Made by a program: the position numbers and the translations under genes. From Vicugna vicugna (taxonomy: Eukaryota): a stretch of 64,000 nucleotides of DNA. Below the pieces are notes generated by a model that saw only the letters and a program-made list of their open reading frames with translations, had not been told where the DNA came from and made no database searches. Shown here piece by piece: positions 44,801 through 56,800 of this stretch (position 1 is the first letter of the stretch; every line of letters begins with the position of its first letter). Where the stretch lies: NCBI GenBank assembly GCA_013265495.1, contig MU061814.1:5707684-5771683 (forward strand), read 5' to 3'.

Positions 44801-47800
44801 TGCCCCCTTAGATGAGACGTCTTGCTTCCTCTTTTCCCTAATCCCTGCCTTTAAGACTTTTCCCTCTGCTGCAGTTTCCAGCCCATTTAGTCTGGTGTGC
44901 GTGCGTGTGCGTGTCTCTCATCTTGCTTCAGACCCGTCGGACTTCCGGGACCCAGGTCTGACGCCCTGCAGTTCTGGAAACCCCCTTAGCTGATCTCCTC
45001 AAGCTGTGCTTGCTCCCACTCTCCCCATCTCCCCGTGGGGCTACACGCTGGGGGTCTTGTCACTGCATCGGTGCCCCTTACGCCTTCTCCAGTATTTTCA
45101 GTCCCTTTCTCTCTCCAGCCTTACTTTTTTGTCTCACTCTGAAACGCCTTCCCCTGCTTGCCCCTCATTTGTTTGTAACAAGCTGTTAAGTCATTCTCAG
45201 AATTTCTAGCTTCAGTTTTTGTGTTTCTCCATTCTAGAATTCCCATTTGGAAATTTGCACTTGGTTTTTCCACTCCAGAATTTCTTTTTCATTGGTTTGT
45301 TTTCGTAGTTTGATATCCAAATTCATAGGCTTGGTCATTTTGAAGTCTCGTAACTCCATTATCTGGGAAATCTGCGGGTCCCTTTCTCTTGTCTAAGGTT
45401 CCTTTTAACTTTCAACCATGCCGTCGTGCTCCCTTGTACACCTGGTTATTTGTTGTTGCAGACACTGTGAAAACCTATAGGAATAGTGTATGGCCTCGTG
45501 TGACATTGTCTTCCTTCAGAAACAATTTGTGGTTGTTTCTGACAGATGACAACCTGGGTCATCTTCACTCCATCTTAGAAGTTAAGATTGTTTGAAGCTG
45601 GGGTCCAGTCCCTTCAAGACCCAATCTGTCCTCACGAATCCTAGCTCCTGGGTGTAGCTCTTCAGTGTCTCTACCCAAAGAATTGGGGGGTGGGGTGGGC
45701 ATGGGCCAAGGATTCACACCCTCAGAGGGCCCCAGGCCCTTCTTGCCCCTTAAGCCTCCAAGCCCGTCAAGGCCGCTGGCCCGGGGCTCTCTCCCAGACA
45801 CCCTGTCTTCACCTGTTCAGGCTCTCCAACAAGGGACTACAGGCTGCAGCTGCAAAAGTTGAATGACATTGGTTTCCCGCCGTCCAGGAGGCTGGACGCC
45901 CGAGGCCCGGGCGCCAGCGCAGCCGGGTTCTTGGAGGGCTCTCCTCCTGGTTCACAGACGGTGCTCTCCTCGCTCTCTCCTTGTGCGGCAGAAGCAGCGA
46001 GGGAGCTCTCGGGGCCCCTCTCATCAGGGCGCTGGCCGCCTCGTGAGGGCTCCACCCTCATGACCTCATCCCCTCCCGGGGGCTACCTCCTGACGGGTCG
46101 CCTTGGGGGTTAGGATGTCAGCCTGTGAACCTGGCGGATGCAAATGTTCAGTCCACAGCCCACCCTGGCGTGCACGTGGGCCGGGGGTGGGGCTGGCCTC
46201 TTTGCTCCGAATCGCCACCCGGTTAGCGCGCTCGGCCTTCGAGGGATTCTGTGCAGAAACGCCACCTAGTTTCCCGACTCTCAGCAAGAGGGGGTGTTGC
46301 CGGCGCCAGAGCAGAAGCCCAGCCCAGACCTCGCGTGTCCTCCAGGTGCTGGCCCTGGCGGGTGGGGGCCCAGCTTCTCCAGCCATCGGCCTCTCTCCCT
46401 GTGCAGCCTGCATCGTCACACCTTCGTGGTGGCCCCAGGACTGTTGCGCTGGGGCATCTGGAGGGCTTATGGGTGCTCGCAGTGGGTAAATCCCTCTGGG
46501 GAGGCTTGGTAAAGGACACACTACTTTGCTGCTGCAGATGCATTCTTCCTCAGTTAATTGCCCAGGAGTGCTGCTCCCTCCCATCAGGTCCTAGAGGGAG
46601 GAGCAAAGGCCTCTCCTCTTCTTCCCTCCTCTGCCCCGAGGGGAGGAGCTGGGGTGGGGGGAGCCAGGAGGACTTCACCACTCCCCGACAGGCACACACA
46701 CGTGCACACAGACTGTCCGGCTCGGCGGCCTTGACAGCTCTCCCCACCCCCACCCCAGGGGACCCAGAGCAGGAGGTGATGCTGACAACCAAGACCCCCA
46801 AGGCCACGGTGGGGGGCCTGAGCCCCTCCAAAGGCTACAGCGTGCAAATCTTCGAGCTCACCGGCTCAGGGAACACCCTGCTGGCTCGGAGGGAGTTTGT
46901 GAGTAAGTCCGTCCTCTGGGGGTGCACGTGTTTGGGCAGAGGAGGGGGCGGAGCTGAGCCCTGGCAGCACCTCTGGGCTGGGAGCCCCCAGGCTGGGGCT
47001 TGAGTCCTGGCAGCCGCCCAGGAGCCAGGACAAGCCCTTGCGGGGTGTGCTGTGGGTGCCGTCCCCAGGCCTCTGTTCCCTCCCTGGGTGGTGGGGTCCT
47101 GACAGACCCTCGCATCTTTCTGCAGTTGAAGATTTGAAGAGTAACTCCATGAGCAGGAGCGGCAGGAGGCCAGCGGGGGCAGCCCTGGAGCCCACCCCCT
47201 CCCACGTGGGGAGCCTAGACCTGGAACCCTGGTTGGCCTTGGCCCCAAGCCAAGATCTGCCCACATTTGGTGAGTCGAAGTTGAATGAGGACAGGTGGGC
47301 CAGCTTCTCGGGGTTTCTCTCCATGTGGCCAGGAAGTTCTTCCTCCCTCTGACCTCACGCTTTCTTGCTTTACTTAAGCTCACCTCCAACCTCCTGGGTT
47401 CACTAGCCACTGAGGCAGGCCATCTGCTGGAGGAGTCCCTGGGGCCTCAGTGCCTGGTCCCACCACCCTCACCCCCTTAGGTGTCCCCCAGCTTGGGTGT
47501 GGCAGGTGAGAGGCGATGCAGCTGTTATCCATCCCCCCAGGAGTGCCTGGAGAAGGGCAGCACCCACCCAGGAGCCCCGCTGGAAAGGCCCCTGCTCAGC
47601 CCCCACCAGACCCGGAAGGGCAGAACTACGCCAGGGCCTCAGCTGGAGGGAGAGAGGAGCCAGGTAAGACAGCCAGGGTGCCGGCCTCCGCGGGACTGCG
47701 GGCAGGCAGGTGGCGTTCCCATGAGGCCCTGCAGGCAGTGCTGTGCCTCCCCCTCCAGAACTGAGATGTCTCCGATTTTGTCTCCCCATCAGATTTGAAA

Positions 47801-50800
47801 TGGACGAAGGCACCTCCTTCCTTAGACGGGCACATTCCTCCTCAGGTGGGGACCCCCGCTGTCTCCCAGTGGACTTTGGGTCTGCCAGGATGGGCTCCCC
47901 TGCAGTGCAGCACCTTAAGGCCAGGGCCTGCCTCCCCGATTAGATGGGGGTCTCACCACACGTACCTTACCCAGGAGCTCCAGGCGGGGTCTGACCTGAC
48001 TCTGGGGCTCAGCCTGGAAGCACCATCTGCAAAACTCAGGGACCCCCAGGTCAAGAGGTGTGGCTCTGTGTCCAAGGAGCTCCTGGTCGTCAGGACAGGC
48101 CCCAACCCCAGACAGTGAGGCCTCAGCCCAGAGCTGGTAGAATGGACAGCCCCCAGCCCTGCCTGGAGCTGTCCACGGTGCTGACCCCGTCCACCTCAGT
48201 TGGCACCCCCTTGGGCAGCCTCTGCCAGCTGGACCTGGGTGTCGGCTGGGTGAGGAAGGTGGACCCCTGCATTGACATCCACACAGTGAACAGCACTGCC
48301 CAGGGTGATGGAGGCCAGAGGTGCCAGGGCAACTGGGTGACCCACTAGCCATCTTTAGGGGGCTTGGACGGGCTGAGATGATGGGCTGTGGTTCATGTGG
48401 GCTCTTCTGAGTCTGGAGAGACCTTAGGTCCTGTCCCCCAACACTCAGCTGCCCACCTCATTTGAGGCCAATGCCCCTCCACCCACCGCAGAGAAGGAGC
48501 TCCCAGGGGCTAGAGACCAGCCCGGAGCTGTTCCAGGTCCTGTAGCTGCAACAGCCTTGCCCAGCACCTCACCTCCCTCCGCTCCCACCCCAGCTGGTGC
48601 CCGGTTCCGCTGCACACCCCCCATGCCCGCGGACATGATCTTCCTGGTGGATGGGTCCTGGAGTATCGGCCACAGTCACTTCCAGCAGGTCAAAGACTTC
48701 CTGGCCAGTGTCATCGAGCCCTTTGAAATCGGGCTGGACAAAGTCCAAGTAGGTGGGTCTCAGCCCTGCCCTGTGGCCCACCCAGAGGTGGTCCTCACAG
48801 TTCCCCACCAGCCCCAGCCCCCAGCACAGGTGATGCCTCGGAGAAGGAGTGAGAAGTGGGAGAGGAGATGCAGCCTCTGGGAGCCAAGGCTAAGTTCCCC
48901 CACCAGCCAGGCAGGGAGGGCTCTCCACGTGCACCGGCAGGACAGCTGGCTTCCGGGGGGACACTGCTGTGTGGAAGATGGGGCTTTGCAAATGTGCCCT
49001 CCCTGGTGACCTGGCGAGGCTGTGTGCCAGCAGACCGCGCTGGACCTCCCCTCGCACGCAGCCTGACAGTGCCGCTGGGACCCTCCCCTCCCAGGCCTGA
49101 CTCAGTACAGCGGAGCCCCCTGGACCGAGTGGGACTTGAACACCTTTGGCACCAAGGAGAAGGTCCTGGCGGCCGTCCACAGTCTCCGCTACAGAGGGGG
49201 AAACACGTTCACAGGTCTGCCTGGCCTGGCCCCGCCCTGGGGTCCGCACGGGTCTTTGTCCTCAAGCCCCTCGTGGGCTGGCAGTCACCCTCCCTCGCTC
49301 CCCTCCCAGATTTGGAAACAGGTGTGAACTGGGCTCAAGCTCCTATCCACGCCTTCCCTAAGGGCAAATCCACCCTCGTTTATCCCTGGTGAACGTAGGT
49401 GCTGGGCAGTCCTGCTGAAACTGAGTGGCTCCTCTGATCGGCAGAGGCTCCTGGGGGCAGCCACCAGTGGTTTGCGGGTGGCCTGCTGAAAGCAGCCCCT
49501 CCCTGTCCCGGTCCTGGGGCCTCGCTGCTCTGGGACTGATGCCGGCTGGTCAAGCAGCAGGTGCAGGCACTGCTCCTGGGCCTCGTGGCTCCCATGACAG
49601 AAGGAGAGGCGGTGTCCCTGCCCTCCAGGTCCCAGCAGCCTGGAGGGGCCAGGACTGACATGGGGCGAGGGGGCGAGCACGGGGACCACTGGCTGGTGCA
49701 GACGCCACAGACAGGCAAGGAGGGCACTTGGAGCCACCCCCACGTTGTTCTCACTGCACCCAAGGCCTGGCCCTGACCCACGTGCTGGAGCAGAACCTGC
49801 AGCCCGCAGCAGGTCTCCGTCCAGAGGTGGTCAAGCTGGTGATTCTGGTGACGGATGGCAAGTCCCAGGATGACGCCCGCACTGCTGGCCACGTCCTCAA
49901 GGGCCTGGGTGTTGACGTCTTTGCTGTGGGTGAGCAGCCCCCGGGCTCCGCGGGCGTTCGCCCAGGGGGTGGCTTTGGGGCTGTGGGTCTTGTGGCCTCT
50001 GAGCCTCAGCCTCAGCCTTGGGTCTGCAAATGGGGAGGGCGAGTCCCTGCCCTGAGGGCCTGATCCCTGGGCGCTGGGACGGCAGCCCCAGAAGCTGGCG
50101 TGGGCAGCATGGCTGTTCCCGATGAGGCAGCCAGTTGGCAGCATCTTCTGTAGATGTCTCCGCACCCCACCCATCCACATGGGCCCCCCTCGCTGCACCG
50201 TAGGTGCCTAGCACCCCTCGGGGACCTCATGCTACTCCCTTTACCGGCCAGTTGTTAACTCTGTCCCTTGAGAAGGGAACTCCAGACTCAAGGGCGGGGA
50301 TTCCTGGGAGCAGAGACCCTCCCCAGTGCCCCTGTGCTGGGCCCCCAGGAAAACACACTGACCTCCCTCCTGGCCCCAAACCCCACGGAGACCCCTGTGG
50401 GCACGGCACAGCCTGTGAGGGGCCTTCAGGGTCGAGCCCACGTTTGCACTTGCCTCTCTCACCAGGACACCGCCGGGCGACCCAGTTCTGGGCCCTGTGG
50501 GGTCTGGGGTCTGTGGCTCGGGAAGGAGCCCTGGCCCACTGGGTGGCCGGGCAGGGTCCAGTGATCCCACTGCACCCTGGATAAGGGCGCTGAGTGGGCT
50601 CACCCCACCCCCACCCCGCGGCAGGTGTGAAGAACGCCGATGAGGCTGAGCTGAGGCTCCTGGCATCCCCGCCGCTGGACATCACTGTCCACAATGTGCA
50701 GGACTTTCCCCAGCTCGGCACGCTGGCCGGCCTGCTCAGCCGGCTGATCTGCCAAAAAATCCAGGGCAGGAGCCCGCGCAGGGGGTCCGGTGAGCGCGGG

Positions 50801-53800
50801 GGCTCAGATAAGCAGGAGGGTGGTGACGCGGGGGCAGGGTCACCCCCACTGGCTGCAGCCGCCCGGGCCCTGCCAGGCTGCTCGGGGCAGAGGGACGGGG
50901 GACTGCAGCTCCTGTAAGGAACTCCCTGAGCCCTCCTGCTGGCTCTCCCATCTCTCACCACCCAGGGACAACTGTCCTTCCTGGAAGTGGCCGCCAGAGG
51001 GAGCAGGCAGAGCCACAATGCCTGCTGCCCACTGGCGGCCTTGCCAATACCTCCCCTCCCACAGTTACACCAGCAGCAGCCACTCTGGCCCTGGACCCCC
51101 TTTCCACTCCCACCAGCCTGGTCCTGACCCAGGTGACCTCCTCCAGCGTCCACCTGTCCTGGACCCCAGCCCCACAGCCACCCCTCAAGTATCTGATTGT
51201 GTGGCAGCCTTCCAAGGGCGGCACCCCCAGGGAGGTGAGAGGTGGCCCTGCACAGACAGGGCTGGAGGGAGGCCCACACGTGACAAAGCCAACGTGGAGG
51301 AGGAAGGGGGGGCTACCAAACTGGTTCCATGAGCCCCCAGATGGTGGGAGTGGGGTGAGTGCTCACGCCTGTGTCACGTCTGTGTCCAGGAGGAGCCAGG
51401 GACACAGCCCTGCAGGGAGCGAGGACTGATCCAGCCCTGCCCGAGCCTGCACCCCTGCACCCCTCCCTGCCCACCCACTGCGACTCCTGTTCTAGGTGGT
51501 GGTGGAGGGGCCCGCCTTGTCCACAGAGCTGCACAACCTGACCTCCAGCACAGAGTACCTGGTCTCCGTGCTCCCTGTCTACAAGGCCGGAGTCGGCGAG
51601 GGCCTGCAGGGCCTGGTGACCACAGGTGGGGAGGAACAGACCCGGGCTCAGCAGTGCCCCCTACCTGCAGCCTCCCTCGGAGCCTGGCACCAGCAAGGGC
51701 GGTCTTAACCCTGGGGTGGGGGCACCACCCCCTGCTTGCTGTGTGACCGAGGCTGAGTCGCTGTGCCTCTCTGACCCTCTGTCTCCTCTTCTGAGCACAA
51801 GTGATGTCGTTTTTGTCATCACCCCAACCACAGCTGGGACCCATCACTGTTGCTTCTCACACTGTTGGAGCTTCCGCCCGGCCCGGTCGGCAGGCGCCCA
51901 GGGGACTGCCATGAGCCCCACCGCCCCCCACTTAGCAGCTTTACTGAGACACACAGCCCACAGCTCACCCGTTTAAAGTTTCCAAGTCAGTGGTTTTCCA
52001 TACATTCACAGCATTGTGCTCCTATCTCCACAGTCCCCTTTGACTTCCGTCACCTTAAACAGAAACCCTGCACCCTTAGTGGTCACCCTCGGTCCTCCCC
52101 CTCCCCCACAGCCCCTGTCAGCCCCGAGCTGCTTTCTGTCGCTGGAGATTTGCCACGTCTGGGCCTTCCGAGGAAATGGGATCATACAGTGTGTGGCCTT
52201 CAGTGTCTGGCTTCTCCCCGGCTGTCCAACCCCTAGAGGCCACAGCCCTCCTTCCCACCCTCAGGGCACGTGGCTTAACAGAAACCCACAAGGTGGCCTG
52301 TGTCCCCAGAGCTGGGAGCCGGAAGCTGGCCCGGTGCGAACCTGGGACAGGGACTTACAGCATCTGTGTGCACCCTGACCCCCACCCCCGGCTCTGCGTC
52401 TGCATCAAGACACACCTGGCCGGTGTTTCCTGAGCTCCTTTGTCCTGCTGGTTCATGGGTCTGCTTTCTGCCTCTCCCCCAGCGCCCCTGCCCCCACCCC
52501 GGGCACTGACCCTTGCTGCAGTGACGCCCAGAACCATCCGCCTCGCCTGGCAGCCCTCGGCTGGGGCCGCCCAGTACCTAGTGCGCTGCTCGCCTGCCTC
52601 CCCCAAGGGTGAGGAGGAGGCAAGAGAGGTGCGAGGCAGAGGGGCTGGGGAGGCGGGAGAGCGGGGCTGGGCAGCCGGGTTGGGGGAGCACAGGGAGGGC
52701 CAGCATGAGTGCCCATCCCTGCAGGTGCGGGTGGGGCAGCCGGGGGTGCTTCTGGACGGCCTGGACCCGGGCAGGGACTATGACATCTGGGTGCAGAGCC
52801 TGCGAGGGGCAGAGACCAGTGAGGCCCAGGGCATCCGCGCCAGGACTCGTGAGTGCCCTGACCTTGCAGGCTGAGGCCGCGTTCTGGTTCCCCACCCTTG
52901 AACCTGCTGCGGGGTGGGGTCCCCCAAGCCCTCTGGTAGCCCCAGCAGCCCTGGCCATCGCCCGCCCTTCCCCATATGCCTGGGGAGGTCCCTGAGGCCT
53001 CATGTGCTCTGCAGCCACCCTGGGCGCCCCAAGACACCTGGACTTCTCGGATGTGAGCCACGACTCGGCCCGCGTGTCCTGGGAAGGCATCCAGAGACCT
53101 GTGCGCCTGTTCAGGGTCAGCTATGTCTCCAGCAAGGGTGGCCACTCAGGACAGGTGAGAGTGGGCCCTGCTGGGAGCCTGCTGTCCTGCAGTGCCGGGG
53201 GTGGGGTATGAATTGGCCGTGGGGGCCCAGTGCCCCCAGCCTCCCGGCCCCCCTCCTTGCATTCAGGGTCAGTGGGTGTGGCTGCACCTCCGCAGGCCCA
53301 GCCTCGGCCCGGGGCAGGGGGCATGGGGGTAGGGTGACACCACCCGGCCCTGGTGGGCCTCAGCCTTGGAGGGAGGGTGGGGACAGGCATGAAGCAAGGA
53401 ATCGTACAGATACTCGCAGGTGACAGCTGTGACAGGCGTGCGGGGGCGCATGGCGTCGTGAGAGCTGAAAATGCCAGCTTGTGGGGCTGAGAGTGGGCGG
53501 GCAGGTGGCCACGTGGCAGTCCAGGCCAGCAGGTCCCAGGCCTGGGTCTCCCTCTGGCAGGGGCTGCCCCGCCCCAGCTGCCCATGTCCCTAACCCCTTG
53601 TAGACGGAGGTCCCTGGGAACGCCACCTGGGCCACTCTGGGCCCGCTCTCCTCCTCTACCACCTACACAGTCCGCGTCACCTGCCTCTACCCCAGGGGCA
53701 GCTCCTCCACACTGACCGGCCACCTGACCACACGTGAGTGGCAGAGGTGGGGATGGGGTCTCCAGGCCACCTCCCTCCACTCCCATGGACATTTCAAATC

Positions 53801-56800
53801 AACACTTATGCTTGGTGTCTGCTCTGCGTAGGGCTGAGCCAGGTACCCCGACAGGTGCGACGATTGGGTGCAGGGTCCCCAGGGCACCTCCGGGGAGCAG
53901 GGCCAGTGCCCACCCGGCAGCCTGTCCTGGGAAAGGGGGGACGTGGGCACGGCCTCGTGGGGACAGGCGGTCTCCCTTGCCTCCTCCCTCTTCCAGGGAA
54001 AGTCCCCAGCCCAAGCCAGCTGTCGGTGACCGAGCTCCCTGGGGACAAAGTCCGGCTGGAGTGGGCGGCCGCAGCGGCATCTGGCGTGCTGGTCTACCAG
54101 ATCAAGTGGACGCCCCTGGGAGATGGGAAGGCCCATGAGGTGTGGGGGGAAACCCTCCCCCACCAGCTCAGACCCCAGTGCTGCACCCATGGGACATCTG
54201 CCCACCCCTGGCCTGTGGGCCAGGCCCCAGTGTGAGGACCAGGCCCCAGGGTGGACCCCTGGTCTCTCCTCTCCACAGATCTCTGTCCCGGGGAACCTGG
54301 CCACAGCCGTCCTGCCTGGCCTGGGGAGGCGCTCGGAGTGTGAGATCGCCCTCCTGGCCTACTACAGGGACGGGGCCCGCAGCGACCCTGTGTCCCTCCG
54401 CTACAGCCCCCGTAAGTGACCCCTGCTCTGCTGAGATGCCCTGCCCTGTGGGCCCAGGACCGCCGACAGGCAGTTCCCCAGTCCCTGACCCTGTGGCCTT
54501 ACTGCTTGGGTCATGGGGCTTTCCTGAGCCCTCCAGACAGGCATCCCTGGAGTGGCCGAGGGTCCAAGTCACCAGAGGTGGCGCAGGGCCCAAGACGGTC
54601 CCAGAGCTGGCGTGGTGGCCCTGCCTGTGCCAAGGCCACGGGGCGGCATGGTGTGTCTGGCATGGCGTGGCTGGCATGGCAGGGGCTGTGGAGTGGGAGG
54701 GTGGTGGGTGAGGTGCAGAGCAGTGGGGAGCATGTTGCCGTCTGAGGCCCCACCCTGTGCTCTCCCCTAGTCAGCCAGAGCCCGCCCTCTGACCTGGCCC
54801 TGGCCTCTGAGTCGCCCAACAGCCTGCGAGTCAGCTGGACGCCCCCGAGCAGCCACGTCCTCCACTACCGGCTCACCTACACACTAGCCTCAGGCTCAGG
54901 ACCAGAGAAATCGGTGGGTCTGGGTAGAGCCCAGAAGCCAACGCCCCCACAGGCCCCCAGGGCCTGGGCCATGGGGGAGACACGTCCCACCCTCTCTGTT
55001 GAGGGGCCACCCTCCCATGGCAGGACACACGGACGGGGAGCTGAGATGCCCAAATGAGCAAAGTCGCTCGGGAGGGGCAGCTCGGGTGACCGTGACCCCC
55101 CCCCCAGATCTCCGTTCCAGGACCCAGGAGCCAGGTGACGCTTCCCGACCTGCTGGCAGCCACCAAGTACAGGGTCCTGGTCTCGGCCATCTATGGCGCC
55201 GGGGAGAGTGTGGCAGTGTCTGCCGTGGGCCGGACAGGTGGGTGGGCACCAAGACCCCAGGCCCCGGCAGACCCCAGCCAGGCCTGAGACCCTGGCAGGC
55301 CCCCAGGAGCCCGAACCCACAGGGCCACTCAGCAGGACACATGGGCCTATCTCTCCCCGCACACAGGCCGGCGCTGCAGAGCTTAGGGGAGGAGAGTCAG
55401 GGTTTTCACGCAAGACCCTGCCCACAAGTAGAATGCCAACGCCAACCCCAGGGCTGAGGTCACAGCGGGCCAACCGGGCGCCCCCAAGGGGCCTCAGCTG
55501 CAGCCTGGCCTACAGATGCCCGAAGCTGGGGACAGGCCGGAGTTCCCCTGGATCTGTGTCCAGGAAGAGTGGGGCAGACGCCCAGACTCAGGAGCTGGGA
55601 GGCCGGGTGCAGATCACAGACTGGCCGCAGCGGAGCCCAGGGCCCTCGGTGTTAAAGGTCATCCCTGGGGTCCTGCCACCCGCGTGCCAGGACCCAGCTT
55701 AGAGGGAACTTGGCTTTTGTTTTGTTGTTCATGCTGGTTTTCCTGGACAATCAGACCCTCAGAGCAGAGGATCCTCACAGGCCGGCTGATCAGCCTGACC
55801 GCCCCAGCTTCCCTCTGAGTCTCCTGCGTGCGGTCGCCTAGCTTTGGCTTGAATGCCTCTGGGGATGGGGGCCTCAGTACCCAGAGGACAGCTGTCAAGG
55901 CTCAGCACCCTTCTTGTCCAAGGGCAGAGCTGCTTCCCGCTCCGAGGGCCCCGGTCCCTGCCCTCACTTGCCCACGAACCTTCCGAGCGCCCACCTGCTG
56001 CCTGCCAGTGGAGCAAGCCAGCTAGCCACGCCAGCCCCAGGGCAGCGGTGCACAGTCGGCACGTCCCCACACCCCGGCATCTCTCTGGCCCTGCCGCATG
56101 GGGCGCATCAGGGTGGCTGGTACTCTCCCGGGGTTCAGTGCCCTGTGGGAGTGCCCCAGCCAGGTGCTGTCTCCCGGGAGTAGAACCTGAGACAGCAGGA
56201 CCCATCTCTGTCCCTTCCCGGTCCCTGAGCTGTGGAACAACAGGCCTGCAAGTGGGTGCCGACAGGGAACATCTCCAACCCACCTGCAGCCAGAGGCAGG
56301 GCGCCCAGCCACAAGGGGCCCCTCCCCAGGTGGAGGCCGAGGCCCGGTCCACTGACCCTGACTACCGCCCCTCTCAGCAGCCTGCCCGGCCCTCCACCCT
56401 GACGGCTCCCTCCCAGGTAGGTCCTGCCCTTTGCGATGGCTGCTCTCCAGCCCCGACCCGTTCTTCCTCCGCCGGGTCCTTGTTGGGGAGGATGGCCTGG
56501 GAGAGGGGCTGGGGGATCATGAGAGGGCGGCAGGCAGGCGGGGCTGACACTTTTCCAGGAAGGCCCCTTGAGGTTGGCTGGTGCCTTTTTCCTGCTTCAC
56601 AGTGGAGGTGACTGGGGCCTGTCCAGGGTCACTTGTCCAAGGTCACAGCCTGGATGTGGAGGGCAGAGGCCACGCTCGGGGCTCCAGGCCCAGGGTGGCC
56701 TCCGTGAGCGTCTGAGGACCAGGGGCTTGGCGGGGCGAGGGGCGAAGCCTGGGGTCACAGAGCGTCTTTAGTGCCTGCGGGCCAGAGGCCCTCCCCAGAG

